Source: an uncultured Actinomycetota bacterium
Lineage (GTDB): Bacteria > Actinomycetota > Actinomycetes > CAWDCV01
DNA: 64,000 nucleotides
Direction of reading: 5' to 3'
Assembly: GCA_963801015.1 (NCBI GenBank)
Contig: CAWDCV010000005.1
Span: forward strand, 121,580 to 185,579
In this document: in pieces, positions 1-8,581 of the stretch
Layout: every line of letters begins with the position of its first letter
Position numbering within the stretch: position 1 is the first letter of the stretch
Translations under genes and position numbers: made by a program
The notes under the pieces: model-generated
The model's input: only the letters and a program-made list of their open reading frames with translations
The model's database searches: none
What the model was told of the DNA's origin: nothing

Positions 1-432
1 GGAGTACGGCTTCGTCGACCACGTCGTCGCGACCGCGGCGATGGTGAGCGGCGGCGGCGGCACGGATACGTGACGGCGCCCTCGGCCGTATCCGCAGCGC
101 ATCTGCGCGACGCCTCGCGTCGCGTGCTGCTGCGGAGCGCACAGTGACGTCTGGGCTGAACCTCCGCGCATGCGCGCCGGCACGGAGGACGCGCGCTGCG
201 GCTCCAGTCGAGTCAGGTCCTGCCGCACTTCCTCGAGGAGATCGCTGAGCCGCAATCCCAACGCCCGGCAGATGGCTGCGAGCACCTCGGACGACGCTTC
301 CTTACGACCGCGCTCCACCTCGGACAGGTATGGCATCGACACCCGCGCGGCGTCGGCAACCTCGCGCAGCGTCCGCCCCTGTCGCTGTCGCGCCCGGCGT
401 AGCGCCGCCCCGATCAGGTGTCGCAGCAGCAT
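1..432 (-). CDS. clgR: XRE-family HTH transcriptional regulator, ClgR-like. Start at 432; no in-frame stop before the window edge, so the 3' end is unresolved.
   Basis: ATG at 432-430 is preceded by SD GAGGAGG (revcomp of 437-443). The translation [60 protein letters not shown].. closely matches the remembered ClgR HTH ([32 protein letters not shown]). It is missing from the ORF track because the frame stays open to position 1. Confidence 0.6.
   Translation of the reverse strand, partial: MLLRHLIGAALRRARQRQGRTLREVADAARVSMPYLSEVERGRKEASSEVLAAICRALGLRLSDLLEEVRQDLTRLEPQRASSVPARMRGGSAQTSLCAPQQHATRGVAQMRCGYGRGRRHVSVPPPPLTIAAVATTWSTKPYS
2..73 (+). CDS. clpP: 3' end of ATP-dependent Clp protease proteolytic subunit (partial; window starts inside the gene)
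   Basis: Frame +2 reads [23 protein letters not shown] then TGA at 71-73. The EYGFVDH motif matches the actinobacterial ClpP1 C-terminus from memory. Partial, so identity is tentative. Confidence 0.5.
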   Translation, partial: EYGFVDHVVATAAMVSGGGGTDT

Positions 433-551
433 GGTCAGCCTCCTCGCCGCATTTCCTGAGGTCCATCTTGACGCACGACGGCACCGGCGGCCGCCCTGGC
501 CAGCCATGTCCATGTTCGCCACGTGATCTACCGTGAGAGACGAAGAATGCC

Positions 552-624
552 GCCCCCGTAGCTCAGGGGATAGAGCAACGGTTTCCTAAACCGTGTGCCG
601 CAAGTTCGAATCTTGCCGGGGGCA
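552..624 (+). tRNA. tRNA-Arg (anticodon CCT/CCU), 73 nt, CCA not encoded
   Basis: Cloverleaf read by eye: acceptor GCCCCCG/CGGGGGC, D-stem GCTC/GAGC, anticodon stem ACGGT/ACCGT with loop TTCCTAA (anticodon CCT), T-stem GCAAG/CTTGC with T-loop TTCGAAT, discriminator A. Confidence 0.92.
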
Positions 625-1049
625 CTCGTTTCCGTTGGATCTTCAGCCGGTCAGTCGGGCGACTTGTAGCGACGGATCCAGAGGCGGACAACAGTGTTCA
701 CACATGGGCCAATGTTTATGACGCCCTTGCCGGGTACGCCGATATGGGAGCCGTGCAGTCCACGTGGTCGGCGTGGCGGCACCGACAGGAACTCGACGAC
801 AGACTTCCCGAACCCTTCGCGGACGTGCTGGAGCAGGTTTACGGCTTCGCCGACCCGGCGATCGCCGGTCGCACGGCGGGCGCGGAGTGGCGCCCCATGG
901 TTCTGCCTGGCGACTGCGCGGAGGGCATCCCTGAACGCCCAGGCCAAGCGGCGCATCCGGACGGCCGGACTCTCAGAGGGCGATGAGTTTCGCCGTAGTT
1001 TCCAGTCTGGATCCACACATTCCGATCACCCGCACTCGAGGAGCGGATC

Positions 1050-1634
1050 ATGACCGCGACCTACACCTTCGACGTCCTTGCCACCCTCGACGGCTTCGGC
1101 TCCTACGGCCCTGGCGGTGACTGGGGCGGTTACTGGGGCAAGCATGGCCCCGAATTCCTCGACCGCCGCCTCGCCATGTACGGCGAGGGGCAGCGGATGG
1201 TCCTGGGGGCCACCACCTTCCGGGAGTTCATGCAGCTGATGGGCCCGAGCAACGGTGAGTTGGATGAGCTCGACCCAGTGAACACTCGGATGAGGAGCAT
1301 GCCGACAACGGTGGTGTCGACGACGCTGGAAGAACCCCTCGACTGGCCGGACGCGACCATCGTGAGCGGTGACGCCGTCGACGTCGTTACCCGGCTCAAG
1401 GAGGAGTCCGACGTGCCGTTGCGCTCGCACGGCAGCCTGTCGATGAACCGGGCGCTAATGGCCGCCGGCCTCGTCGACCGCGTCCAGGTAACGCTCTTCC
1501 CTGTGATCAGCGGTCAGACCGGTACGGACCCGATCTTCCAGGGTGCGGCCGACTTCGACCTCGAGCTGATCGAGAGCCGGACGCTCGACAGCAACATCCA
1601 AGAGCTCATCTACCGGCCCACCCTGCATGACTGA
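1050..1634 (+). CDS. Dihydrofolate reductase family protein (RibD C-terminal / bacterial deaminase-reductase-like domain)
   Basis: 194-aa ORF MTATYTFDVLATLDGFGSYGP...RVQVTLFPVISGQTG. Typical RibD_C/DHFR-like pattern; ATG start; ATGA overlap with the next gene. Confidence 0.8.
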   Translation: MTATYTFDVLATLDGFGSYGPGGDWGGYWGKHGPEFLDRRLAMYGEGQRMVLGATTFREFMQLMGPSNGELDELDPVNTRMRSMPTTVVSTTLEEPLDWPDATIVSGDAVDVVTRLKEESDVPLRSHGSLSMNRALMAAGLVDRVQVTLFPVISGQTGTDPIFQGAADFDLELIESRTLDSNIQELIYRPTLHD

Positions 1635-2160
1635 GTTCGTCCTGCACCCTCCCGTCATCGATCGCCGCGACCAGGAAGGGCCAATCGTGTCCAACGATCG
1701 CCGGCGTTCTCCACGTCTGCCGCCCCGCTGGTTCGTCCGCCTCGCCTGGTGGGTACACCGCACGGCATTACGCATAAGCGGCGGCCGTTTCGGGCTATGG
1801 CGTCCGAAGCGCGGCCGATGGGGCACGGCTCGTCTCACGACAACCGGGCGCCGTACTGGCCAGCAACGCACAGTGATCGTTGGCTACTTCGAGGATGGTC
1901 CAAATCTCGTCACTCTTGCCATGAACGGTTGGGCCGAGCCGGAGCCAGCCTGGTGGCTCAACCTGCAGGCGCATCCCGACGCCACAGTCGACCTGGTGAA
2001 GGAATCCCGTCCTGTGACGGCCCGCGCTGCCGAGGGAGAGGAACGATCGCGCCTGTGGGCCAGGTGGCGTGACATTGACAGGCAGCTCGACGCCTATGCG
2101 GCGCTGCGGCCGTCCGAAACTGCGGTGGTAATCCTGGAACCGCGGTCCGCGCCCTCGTGA
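1627..2160 (+). CDS. Deazaflavin(F420)-dependent nitroreductase family protein (DUF385/PNPOx-like)
   Basis: 177-aa protein with the RTGQQRTV...GYFEDGPNLVTLAMNGWAEPEPAWWLNLQAHPDATVDL signature of the Ddn-like family. Confidence 0.78.
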   Translation: MTEFVLHPPVIDRRDQEGPIVSNDRRRSPRLPPRWFVRLAWWVHRTALRISGGRFGLWRPKRGRWGTARLTTTGRRTGQQRTVIVGYFEDGPNLVTLAMNGWAEPEPAWWLNLQAHPDATVDLVKESRPVTARAAEGEERSRLWARWRDIDRQLDAYAALRPSETAVVILEPRSAPS

Positions 2161-2194
2161 CGATGAGGTGGCACGAAGAACACGCCCAGCCGTA

Positions 2195-2500
2195 TTACTC
2201 GGCGCAGGCGGCCCGGGCGTAGCGGCGAGAAAGGGCAGCGAAGGCCGCTTTCAGCTCGGGCGGGCCAACGACGTCGACGCCTTCGTCGAATCTGCCGATC
2301 ATCGCCGCAAGACCAAGCCATGACCACGAGCCCATGACGAGCCGGCAAGGGCGGTCACCGACCCTCCAGGCACGTCGCGCTAGGTGAAGCGTGGTCCCGT
2401 AGGCGTGCGCGGAGTGACCCGGTCGATGCGGAAAGATGCGCCAGTCGGCGGGGTCGAGGTCCCAGGCGACGAGGTACCAGCGCCCACCCCGGGTCGCCAC
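2195..2500 (-). pseudogene. Remnant of a WYL-domain transcriptional regulator (WYL + C-terminal WCX part only; HTH N-terminus absent; internal frame shifts)
   Basis: Frame 1 gives GRWYLVAWDLDPADWR... and a WCX-like tail (..VVGPPELKAAFAALSRRY). The expected FR.DRI motif (SFRIDRVT) lies in the +1 frame (ORF 2380..2766), ending at a TAG. No upstream HTH. Confidence 0.5.
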
Positions 2501-2629
2501 GTGTCGGCGAGGAGACGGTGCTCGACAGCAGGCGAGGTGTGCAGCTGTGGCAGACCGGCCGGTTCTCGAGGTTTTACTTCCCCCTCGATGACACCCGGTC
2601 CGATCTTCTGATTCCAGCGACGCGCGAGC

Positions 2630-3174
2630 GTGCGCACGGGGCAGCCGCGGAAGTGGGGCATCCGCGTGGGAGATCGGGAGCTTGCTGACTCGGTCACCGC
2701 GTCCCCGATCACCTCCGAGGGAGACGAGCTGCTGCCTGGGATGGTGTCACTGCGGTACCGCGACATGGATCGGTGGTTCGAGGAGGACGAGCCGATCTAC
2801 GCGCATCCGCGGGATCCGTACCATCGCGTCGACGTCCGACTGTCGTCACGGCAGGTGGTCGTCCTCAGGACGGTCTCGTCGTCGGTGAGACCGATCGGCC
2901 GCGCCTGCTGTTCGAGACGGGGAATCCCATCCGGTATTACCTGCCGTTCGCCGACGTTCGTTCCGAGCTGCTGAGCAAGAGCGCAACGGTGTCGCAGTGC
3001 CCGTACAACGGTGACGGCCAGCACTGGCACCTGACGACGCCGAACGGGATCGTCGAGGACGCCGCGTGGACCCTGCCTCATCCCCTGGCGGAAGGAATGC
3101 CCGCCGCTCAGCACATCTGCTTCTATCCCGACAAGGTCGAGGTCGAGGTGGATGGCGAGCGCGTGAACAAATGA
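2630..3174 (+). pseudogene. DUF427 domain protein disrupted by a -1 frameshift near 2869
   Basis: ORF 2630..2974 (..HPRDPYHRVDVRLSSRQVVVLR) and ORF 2773..3174 (DGLVVGETDRPRLLFETGNPIRYYLPFADVR..CPYNGDGQHWHL..ICFYPDKVEVEVDGERV) join into one complete DUF427 domain. This requires one extra G in the run at 2867-2869 (ctcagg|acgg). Confidence 0.72.
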
Positions 3175-3208
3175 CGCGGACGATCCAGCCATCCGACGGG
3201 AGTACGCG

Positions 3209-3919
3209 TCAGCGTGAACGGCGCTTCGGCCGCGCGGGTCGCGGCGGCGCGGGGCCCGCCCTGAGAGCATCGCTAAGCCCGGCTCGCATCCGGCCGAGCA
3301 CCATCGACCAGGCACTGTCGAGGAACTCGGCCTGCCAATCGTCCGCCGCGAACTGATGCACTGTCACCCGACAGTGCGGCCCGACCGGCTCGAAGCGCAC
3401 GTACGTCACGACCTCCGAACCCGGAACCGGCACCGCTTCGTCCTCGAAGTCCCAGCGCAACGCCAGGAGCGAGTTCGGTACCACGACCTCATAGACGCCG
3501 CGCACCGTCGTGCCCCATTCCAGCTGGGTGGCGAACCTGCCATCGACCAGCGTGACCGGAACGCCCAGCCAGCGCCCGAAGAGGTCGGGATCGGTGAGAC
3601 CGCGAAATGCCGCCTCGCAGCTCTCCTCGACCTTGGCCTCGACGATCACGGCGACGGACCGTGTGCGCTGCGCCAGGTCGCGTTCGGGCAGGTCATCGGC
3701 GGGGGTCCACTTCGTCGCCGGACCGAGCAGAACGTCGGGACGCAGAGATCGCAGCGCACGGGGATCGGCCCGGTAGCGCCGGAAGCTGCCGTCGACGCGC
3801 ATCTGCACGAGCCCGACGGCGCGCAGCACCGCTAGATGCTCCGAGATCGTCGACGCGGACACGTGGAACGCGGACGCGATCTCCCCGGCCGGCAGCTCCT
3901 GGTCACGGACCAGCCACAA
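3209..3919 (-). CDS. ArsR/SmtB-family HTH regulator fused to an SRPBCC (AHSA1/activator-of-Hsp90-ATPase-like) domain
   Basis: N-terminal ..REILWLVRDQELPAGEIASAFHVSASTISEHLAVLRAVGLV (ArsR HTH); C-terminal SRPBCC-like half. The longest ORF starts at TTG 3919, but helix 1 (HPIDIQPLLDALSSPIRREI) is encoded in-frame upstream without a canonical start (see findings). Confidence 0.75.
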   Translation of the reverse strand: MWLVRDQELPAGEIASAFHVSASTISEHLAVLRAVGLVQMRVDGSFRRYRADPRALRSLRPDVLLGPATKWTPADDLPERDLAQRTRSVAVIVEAKVEESCEAAFRGLTDPDLFGRWLGVPVTLVDGRFATQLEWGTTVRGVYEVVVPNSLLALRWDFEDEAVPVPGSEVVTYVRFEPVGPHCRVTVHQFAADDWQAEFLDSAWSMVLGRMRAGLSDALRAGPAPPRPARPKRRSR

Positions 3920-4058
3920 GATTTCCCGCCGGATCGGGGACGAGAGCGCGTCGAGCAGGGGCTGGATGTCGATGGGGTGACCCTACTGTCCTTGACCCTT
4001 TATTTCGGTTGTGGTCGAATTCGGCCGACACCGAAATCTCCGGGGAGAGGGGCTCGTC

Positions 4059-4382
4059 ATGGCGACGTATGTCTACCTGTATCAGGGTGGGGGCATTCCC
4101 GAGACACAGGAGCAGCAAGACGCGGTCATGGCCGCGTGGGGAGTCTGGTACGGCGAGCTTGGCGACGCCGTTGTCGACGGCGGCAACCCCTTCGGACCGT
4201 CGCGCGAGGTCGGCTCCGACGGGTCATCGAACGATGCCGCTCGTTCGCAGCTGACCGGCTACACCGTCGTGTCCGCCGACTCGATGGACGCGGCCACGAA
4301 GATGGCAGCTGGCTGCCCAGTCCTCACTGACGGCGGCCGCGTCGAGGTCTACGAGACGATCGACGTACCGCGGCCAACCTGA
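4059..4382 (+). CDS. YciI-like (Dabb-fold) family protein
   Basis: MATYVYLYQGGGIPETQEQQDAVMAAWGVWY...GCPVLTDGGRVEVYETIDV. ATG at 4059 is preceded by GGGGAGAGGGG. The track ORF 4011..4382 has a 16-codon N-terminal extension. Confidence 0.75.
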   Translation: MATYVYLYQGGGIPETQEQQDAVMAAWGVWYGELGDAVVDGGNPFGPSREVGSDGSSNDAARSQLTGYTVVSADSMDAATKMAAGCPVLTDGGRVEVYETIDVPRPT

Positions 4383-4400
4383 GCGTCGGGGAACGCTACG

Positions 4401-4856
4401 GTGGCCGTTGATGTAGTCACCGAGATCACGATTGGGCGGCCGATCGGCGTCGTCGCGCACTACGCCGCCGATCCGTCGAACGCGCCGCAGTGGTACGTCA
4501 ACATCGACTCGGTCGAGTGGAAGTCGCCGCCGATGGTGCGGGTCGGATCGAGGGTCGCGTTTGTCGCCCGCTTCCTCGGGCGTCGGCTCGCATACACCTA
4601 CGAGCTGGTCGACGTGGTCGACGGCGAGCGACTGGTCATGCGTACGACCGAGGGGCCGTTCGCCATGGAGACGACGTACACGTGGTCGGCTGTCGAACCG
4701 GGCGCAACCCGGATGACGCTGCGCAATCGCGGCGAGCCGGCCGGATTCTCCCGGATGGCCGCACCGTTCATGGCGCGTGCGATGCGCCACGCCAACCGCA
4801 AGGATCTGCGCCGGCTGAAGGCGCAACTCGAGGCTGGTCCGCAGCTTCCCGCCTGA
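4401..4856 (+). CDS. SRPBCC family protein (polyketide cyclase/dehydrase-like, Polyketide_cyc2)
   Basis: 151-aa ORF; the N-terminal AVDVVTEITIGRPIGVV...WYVNIDSVEW pattern fits the SRPBCC ligand-binding fold. Confidence 0.75.
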   Translation: MAVDVVTEITIGRPIGVVAHYAADPSNAPQWYVNIDSVEWKSPPMVRVGSRVAFVARFLGRRLAYTYELVDVVDGERLVMRTTEGPFAMETTYTWSAVEPGATRMTLRNRGEPAGFSRMAAPFMARAMRHANRKDLRRLKAQLEAGPQLPA

Positions 4857-5146
4857 TGCGGGCATCGCGTCATCGATCAGGTGGCCTGGTCGTGGATCGC
4901 GACCAGGCCACGACGCATGGCGTCCCAGCGGCGCGGCCCGATGTCGTCGCGCCTCCATCGCGCGGATGGCTCGATCCGAGACCTTCACGACTCGTCGGCC
5001 GCGCGCCCGCCGCGTCATCGCCGGACTCGGCTCACGTGCTGGATCTTGAGACCTGACGACACAGGAACAGCAACGAGGCCTCAAGATCCCCACGCAAGGG
5101 GCGGAGTAGCGTCCGGTTGCACTCAACGGACACCTCCGGAGGAACC

Positions 5147-6127
5147 ATGAAACGGCCCCTTGTCGCGGTCCTGTCGGCCGCGATCCTCACCATCCTGACC
5201 GCATGCGGTGGCGGCGACGACGACGCTGGTGACACTGCGTCCGACGGTGCGACCGGCGCAAGCGAGACGCAGGCGATCACCGTCGGCGTCATTCCCATCG
5301 TCGACGTCGCGCCGATCTATCTCGGCGTGGAGCAAGGATTCTTCGAGGATCGCGGCCTCGATGTCACGCTGCAAACCGCTCAGGGCGGCGCCGCCATCGT
5401 GCCGGCCGTCCTCAACGGCGAGTTCGACTTCGGATTCAGCAACATCACGTCACTGCTGATCGCGCAGACTCAGGGTCTGCCGCTCAAGGTCGTCGCGGCA
5501 GGTGACAGTACGACGGGCGAGCCGGGAGAGGACTTCGCCGCCGTCGTGGTGCCGCAGGGCAGCAACATCGCCGGTCCCGCCGACCTCGCCGGTCGGACAG
5601 TTGCGGTCAACACCCTCAACAACATCGGGACCACGACGATCTCCAAGGTCGTGGAGGACGCCGGCGGCGACGCGTCGACCATCAACTTCGTCGAGCTGCC
5701 GTTCCCGGACATGCCCGCCGCACTCGCCGAGGGCCGGATCGACGCCGCGTGGGGTCTCGAGCCGTTCCTCACCATCATGCGCAACCAGGGCGCGACGCCA
5801 GTGACGTGGAACTATGCGGAGACGGATCCCAACCTGGTCATCGCGGCCTACTTCACAACACAGCAGAAGGTCGAGGAGGATCCCGAGCTCGTCGAGGCCT
5901 TCACCGAGGCCATGAACGAGTCGCTGCAATACGCCCAGGACAACCCGGACGCTGCGCGCGAGGTACTCGGCAGCTACACGCAGATCGATCCCGCTGTCGC
6001 TGAGGCACTGATTCTGCCGCGCTGGCCCAGCGAGATCGACGCCGACGCGGTACAGCTGCTTGCCGACCTGGCCGAGGAGGACGGGCTCGTCGACACCGCA
6101 CCTGATGTCGAGGCGCTTCTGCCGTGA
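5147..6127 (+). CDS. ABC transporter substrate-binding lipoprotein, NitT/TauT (SsuA/TauA/NMT1-like) family
   Basis: MKRPLVAVLSAAILTILTAC (lipobox LTAC) followed by an NMT1-like SBP body. The track ORF starts 10 codons earlier at 5117. Confidence 0.85.
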   Translation: MKRPLVAVLSAAILTILTACGGGDDDAGDTASDGATGASETQAITVGVIPIVDVAPIYLGVEQGFFEDRGLDVTLQTAQGGAAIVPAVLNGEFDFGFSNITSLLIAQTQGLPLKVVAAGDSTTGEPGEDFAAVVVPQGSNIAGPADLAGRTVAVNTLNNIGTTTISKVVEDAGGDASTINFVELPFPDMPAALAEGRIDAAWGLEPFLTIMRNQGATPVTWNYAETDPNLVIAAYFTTQQKVEEDPELVEAFTEAMNESLQYAQDNPDAAREVLGSYTQIDPAVAEALILPRWPSEIDADAVQLLADLAEEDGLVDTAPDVEALLP

Positions 6128-6951
6128 CGGCAGAGTCGGTCACCGTCGGCGCTGCGGGGGCGACCTCGCACCGCCGCGGTGCGCCGTCCAACGCTGTCCT
6201 CGGCGTGCTTGGCCTGCTCGGGCTCGTCACGGTGATGGAGCTGCTGCCCCGCACCGGCATTGTCGACAGCAGGTTTCTCCCACCCTTCCACGAGATCGCA
6301 CAAGCTCTTGGCGAGCAGCTTCGTCAGCCCGAGTTCTGGACCGCACTCGGCGGGACGCTGCGCGGATGGGCGATCGGTCTCGCGATCGCCATGGTCGCGG
6401 GCATCGCCCTCGGTGTCGTCATCGGCAGCGTCCCGATGCTGCGCGAAGCGACGAACTCGACGATCGAGTTCCTGCGCCCGATTCCGTCGGTCGCGCTGAT
6501 CCCGCTCGCGGTGCTGCTGTACGGCACCGACATGCGGGCAACGCTGCTGCTCGTCGTCTACGCCAGCTTCTGGCAGGTTCTCGTGCAGGTGCTGTACGGC
6601 GTGCAGGACGTCGACCCGGTCGCTCGCGAGACGTCGCGCAGCTACCGGTTCCGCGCGCTCACCCGTGTCCGTACCGTCATCTGGCCGACGGCGCTGCCGT
6701 ACGTCGTCACCGGCTTCCGCCTCGCCGCTGCCGTCGCGCTCATCCTCGAAGTGACCGGCGAGCTCATCATCGGCAGTCCAGGGCTCGGCAACCTCATCGC
6801 CGTCGCGCAGTCATCGGGTGCATATGCCTCGATGTACGCACTCGTCATGGTCACCGGTCTCATCGGCGTCGCCGTCAATGTGATCGCGCGGCAGGTCGAG
6901 CGGCGGGCGCTGCGCTGGCACCCGTCCATTCGGCGTGAGGTGGCCAGGTGA
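6124..6951 (+). CDS. ABC transporter permease (NitT/TauT family)
   Basis: 275-aa polytopic membrane protein; GTG start overlaps the SBP stop (GTGA). Confidence 0.85.
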   Translation: MTAESVTVGAAGATSHRRGAPSNAVLGVLGLLGLVTVMELLPRTGIVDSRFLPPFHEIAQALGEQLRQPEFWTALGGTLRGWAIGLAIAMVAGIALGVVIGSVPMLREATNSTIEFLRPIPSVALIPLAVLLYGTDMRATLLLVVYASFWQVLVQVLYGVQDVDPVARETSRSYRFRALTRVRTVIWPTALPYVVTGFRLAAAVALILEVTGELIIGSPGLGNLIAVAQSSGAYASMYALVMVTGLIGVAVNVIARQVERRALRWHPSIRREVAR

Positions 6952-7733
6952 CACGCGTGCCTCGGCTCGCCACCGGACTGCTCGTTGTTGCGGCGCTCCC
7001 GATCGCCCTGTTCGCCACCTGGTGGGCGGTGACCGCAGACAGCACGAGTTTCTACTGGCCGCCGCTGCGCGAGATTCTCGGCGTCTTCCCGGAGACTTGG
7101 TTCGAGGGGCGACTGACGGAGCAGGTCGTACCGAGCCTCCTGCGGCTCGCGGCCGGCTACGCGCTGGCGCTCGTCGTCGGCATTGGGCTCGGTGTCGCCA
7201 TCGGCTCGTCCCGTGTCCTGCGCGGCTTGCTCGAACCAGTCCTCGAGTTCTTCCGGGCGATCCCGCCACCCGTGCTCGTGCCGGTCCTCATCCTGTTCGC
7301 CGGCATCGGCACCAGCATGAAAATCCTGGTGATCTTCTCCGGCTGCGTGTGGCCGATCCTGCTCAACACCGTCGAGGGCGTCCGCGGCATCGACGAGGTG
7401 CTGCGTGACACCGCACGCTGCTACCGACTGCGTCCGGCCACCCAGCTGCGTTACCTCGTGCTGCGCGCTGCCAGCCCGCAGATTGCGGCGGGCGCGCGGC
7501 AGGCCTTGTCGGTCGGCGTGATCCTCATGGTCATCAGCGAGATGTTCGCCGCCAACAACGGTCTGGGCTTCACGATCGTGCAGTTTCAGCGCTCGTTCGC
7601 GATCCCGGAGATGTGGAGTGGCATCCTGCTGCTCGGCCTGGTCGGCGTCGGGCTGTCCTTGCTGTTCCGGCTCGTCGAGCGCCGGGTGCTGGCCTGGTAT
7701 CGGGGGCAGCGCGACATCGAGCGGAAGGGGTGA
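6948..7733 (+). CDS. ABC transporter permease (NitT/TauT family), second subunit
   Basis: 261 aa, paralogous to the previous permease; GTGA stop/start overlap. Confidence 0.85.
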   Translation: MTRVPRLATGLLVVAALPIALFATWWAVTADSTSFYWPPLREILGVFPETWFEGRLTEQVVPSLLRLAAGYALALVVGIGLGVAIGSSRVLRGLLEPVLEFFRAIPPPVLVPVLILFAGIGTSMKILVIFSGCVWPILLNTVEGVRGIDEVLRDTARCYRLRPATQLRYLVLRAASPQIAAGARQALSVGVILMVISEMFAANNGLGFTIVQFQRSFAIPEMWSGILLLGLVGVGLSLLFRLVERRVLAWYRGQRDIERKG

Positions 7734-7735
7734 GC

Positions 7736-8572
7736 ATGACTGCCGTGCCACCCGCCAGCACCGATGTCCGCAGCGACGTGATGCTCGACGTCCGCGGGCT
7801 GCGCAAGGTCTACGCGGGTGCACGGCCGGTGGAAGCGATACGGAACCTCACCCTGGCCGTGCGCGCGGGTGAGTTCGTGTGCGTCGTCGGCCCGTCCGGC
7901 GCCGGCAAGACGACTCTGCTCAAGTGCATCGCCGGCCTGCTCGACGCCACCGGTGGCGAGATCGTGCTGGAGGGGCAGCGGGTCACCGGTCCCCCTCCGG
8001 GCATGGCCGTGGTCTTCCAGGAGTACGGCCGCAGCCTCTTCCCGTGGATGACCGTCTGGCAGAACGTCGAACTGCCGCTGAAGGAAAAGCGGCTGCCGGG
8101 TGCCAAGCGCCGCGATCTCGTCGAGCGCTCCCTCGCGGCCGTCGGGCTCGCCGACGTACACGGGGCGCATCCGTGGCAGCTGTCCGGTGGCATGCAGCAG
8201 CGCGTCGCCATCGCCCGCGCGGTGGCGTACGAACCGCACGTGCTGCTGATGGACGAGCCGTTCGCCGCCGTCGACGCGCAGACCCGCGGCGAGCTCGAGG
8301 ATCTCGTGCGTGCGCTGTGGCAGCGTCTCGGTGTCACCGTCCTTTTCGTCACGCACGACATCGACGAGTCGGTGTATCTCGGTGAGCGCGTCGTCGTGCT
8401 CAGCCATGCGCCTACCGAGGTGCTGGAGGATGTCGCGATCGACCTGCCGAGCGAGCGCGATCAGCTGACCACTCGGTCGATGCCGCGCTTTGCGCAGCTG
8501 CGCGCACACGTCTACGAGCTCGTTCAGGCCGCCAAACACGGGCAACGTCCGGCGGAATCCTCCTCAGCGTGA
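7736..8572 (+). CDS. ABC transporter ATP-binding protein (SsuB/TauB/NrtD-like)
   Basis: Walker A GPSGAGKTT, signature LSGGMQQR, Walker B LLMDEP. ATG at 7736 lies 3 nt after the permease stop behind SD GGAAGGGG. The track ORF 7613.. adds an implausible Arg-rich extension. Confidence 0.9.
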   Translation: MTAVPPASTDVRSDVMLDVRGLRKVYAGARPVEAIRNLTLAVRAGEFVCVVGPSGAGKTTLLKCIAGLLDATGGEIVLEGQRVTGPPPGMAVVFQEYGRSLFPWMTVWQNVELPLKEKRLPGAKRRDLVERSLAAVGLADVHGAHPWQLSGGMQQRVAIARAVAYEPHVLLMDEPFAAVDAQTRGELEDLVRALWQRLGVTVLFVTHDIDESVYLGERVVVLSHAPTEVLEDVAIDLPSERDQLTTRSMPRFAQLRAHVYELVQAAKHGQRPAESSSA

Positions 8573-8581
8573 CCGATCCGG

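Noticed and set aside
170-526. Plus-strand ORF 170..526 and minus-strand ORF 302..484 from the track
   Set aside because: Arg/Ser-rich, antisense-like composition. The same DNA encodes a convincing XRE/ClgR HTH in another minus-strand frame starting at 432.
651-1053. Small ORFs 651..1016(-), 694..1053(+), 744..986(+) and 839..1051(-) right after the tRNA
   Set aside because: They are mutually overlapping, lack good SDs and match no family. 744..986 is the most protein-like but unsupported. Treated as probably non-coding.
552-4856. Active integrative element or prophage at tRNA-Arg
   Set aside because: No integrase or recombinase, no phage or conjugation genes, and no repeat of the tRNA 3' end found by eye. 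Described as an eroded islet instead.
4224-5126. 300-aa minus-strand ORF
   Set aside because: Arg-rich antisense of the SRPBCC and SBP genes; typical high-GC shadow ORF.
6642-7823. 393-aa minus-strand ORF
   Set aside because: Antisense shadow of the two ABC permease genes; Arg/His-rich with no domain signature.
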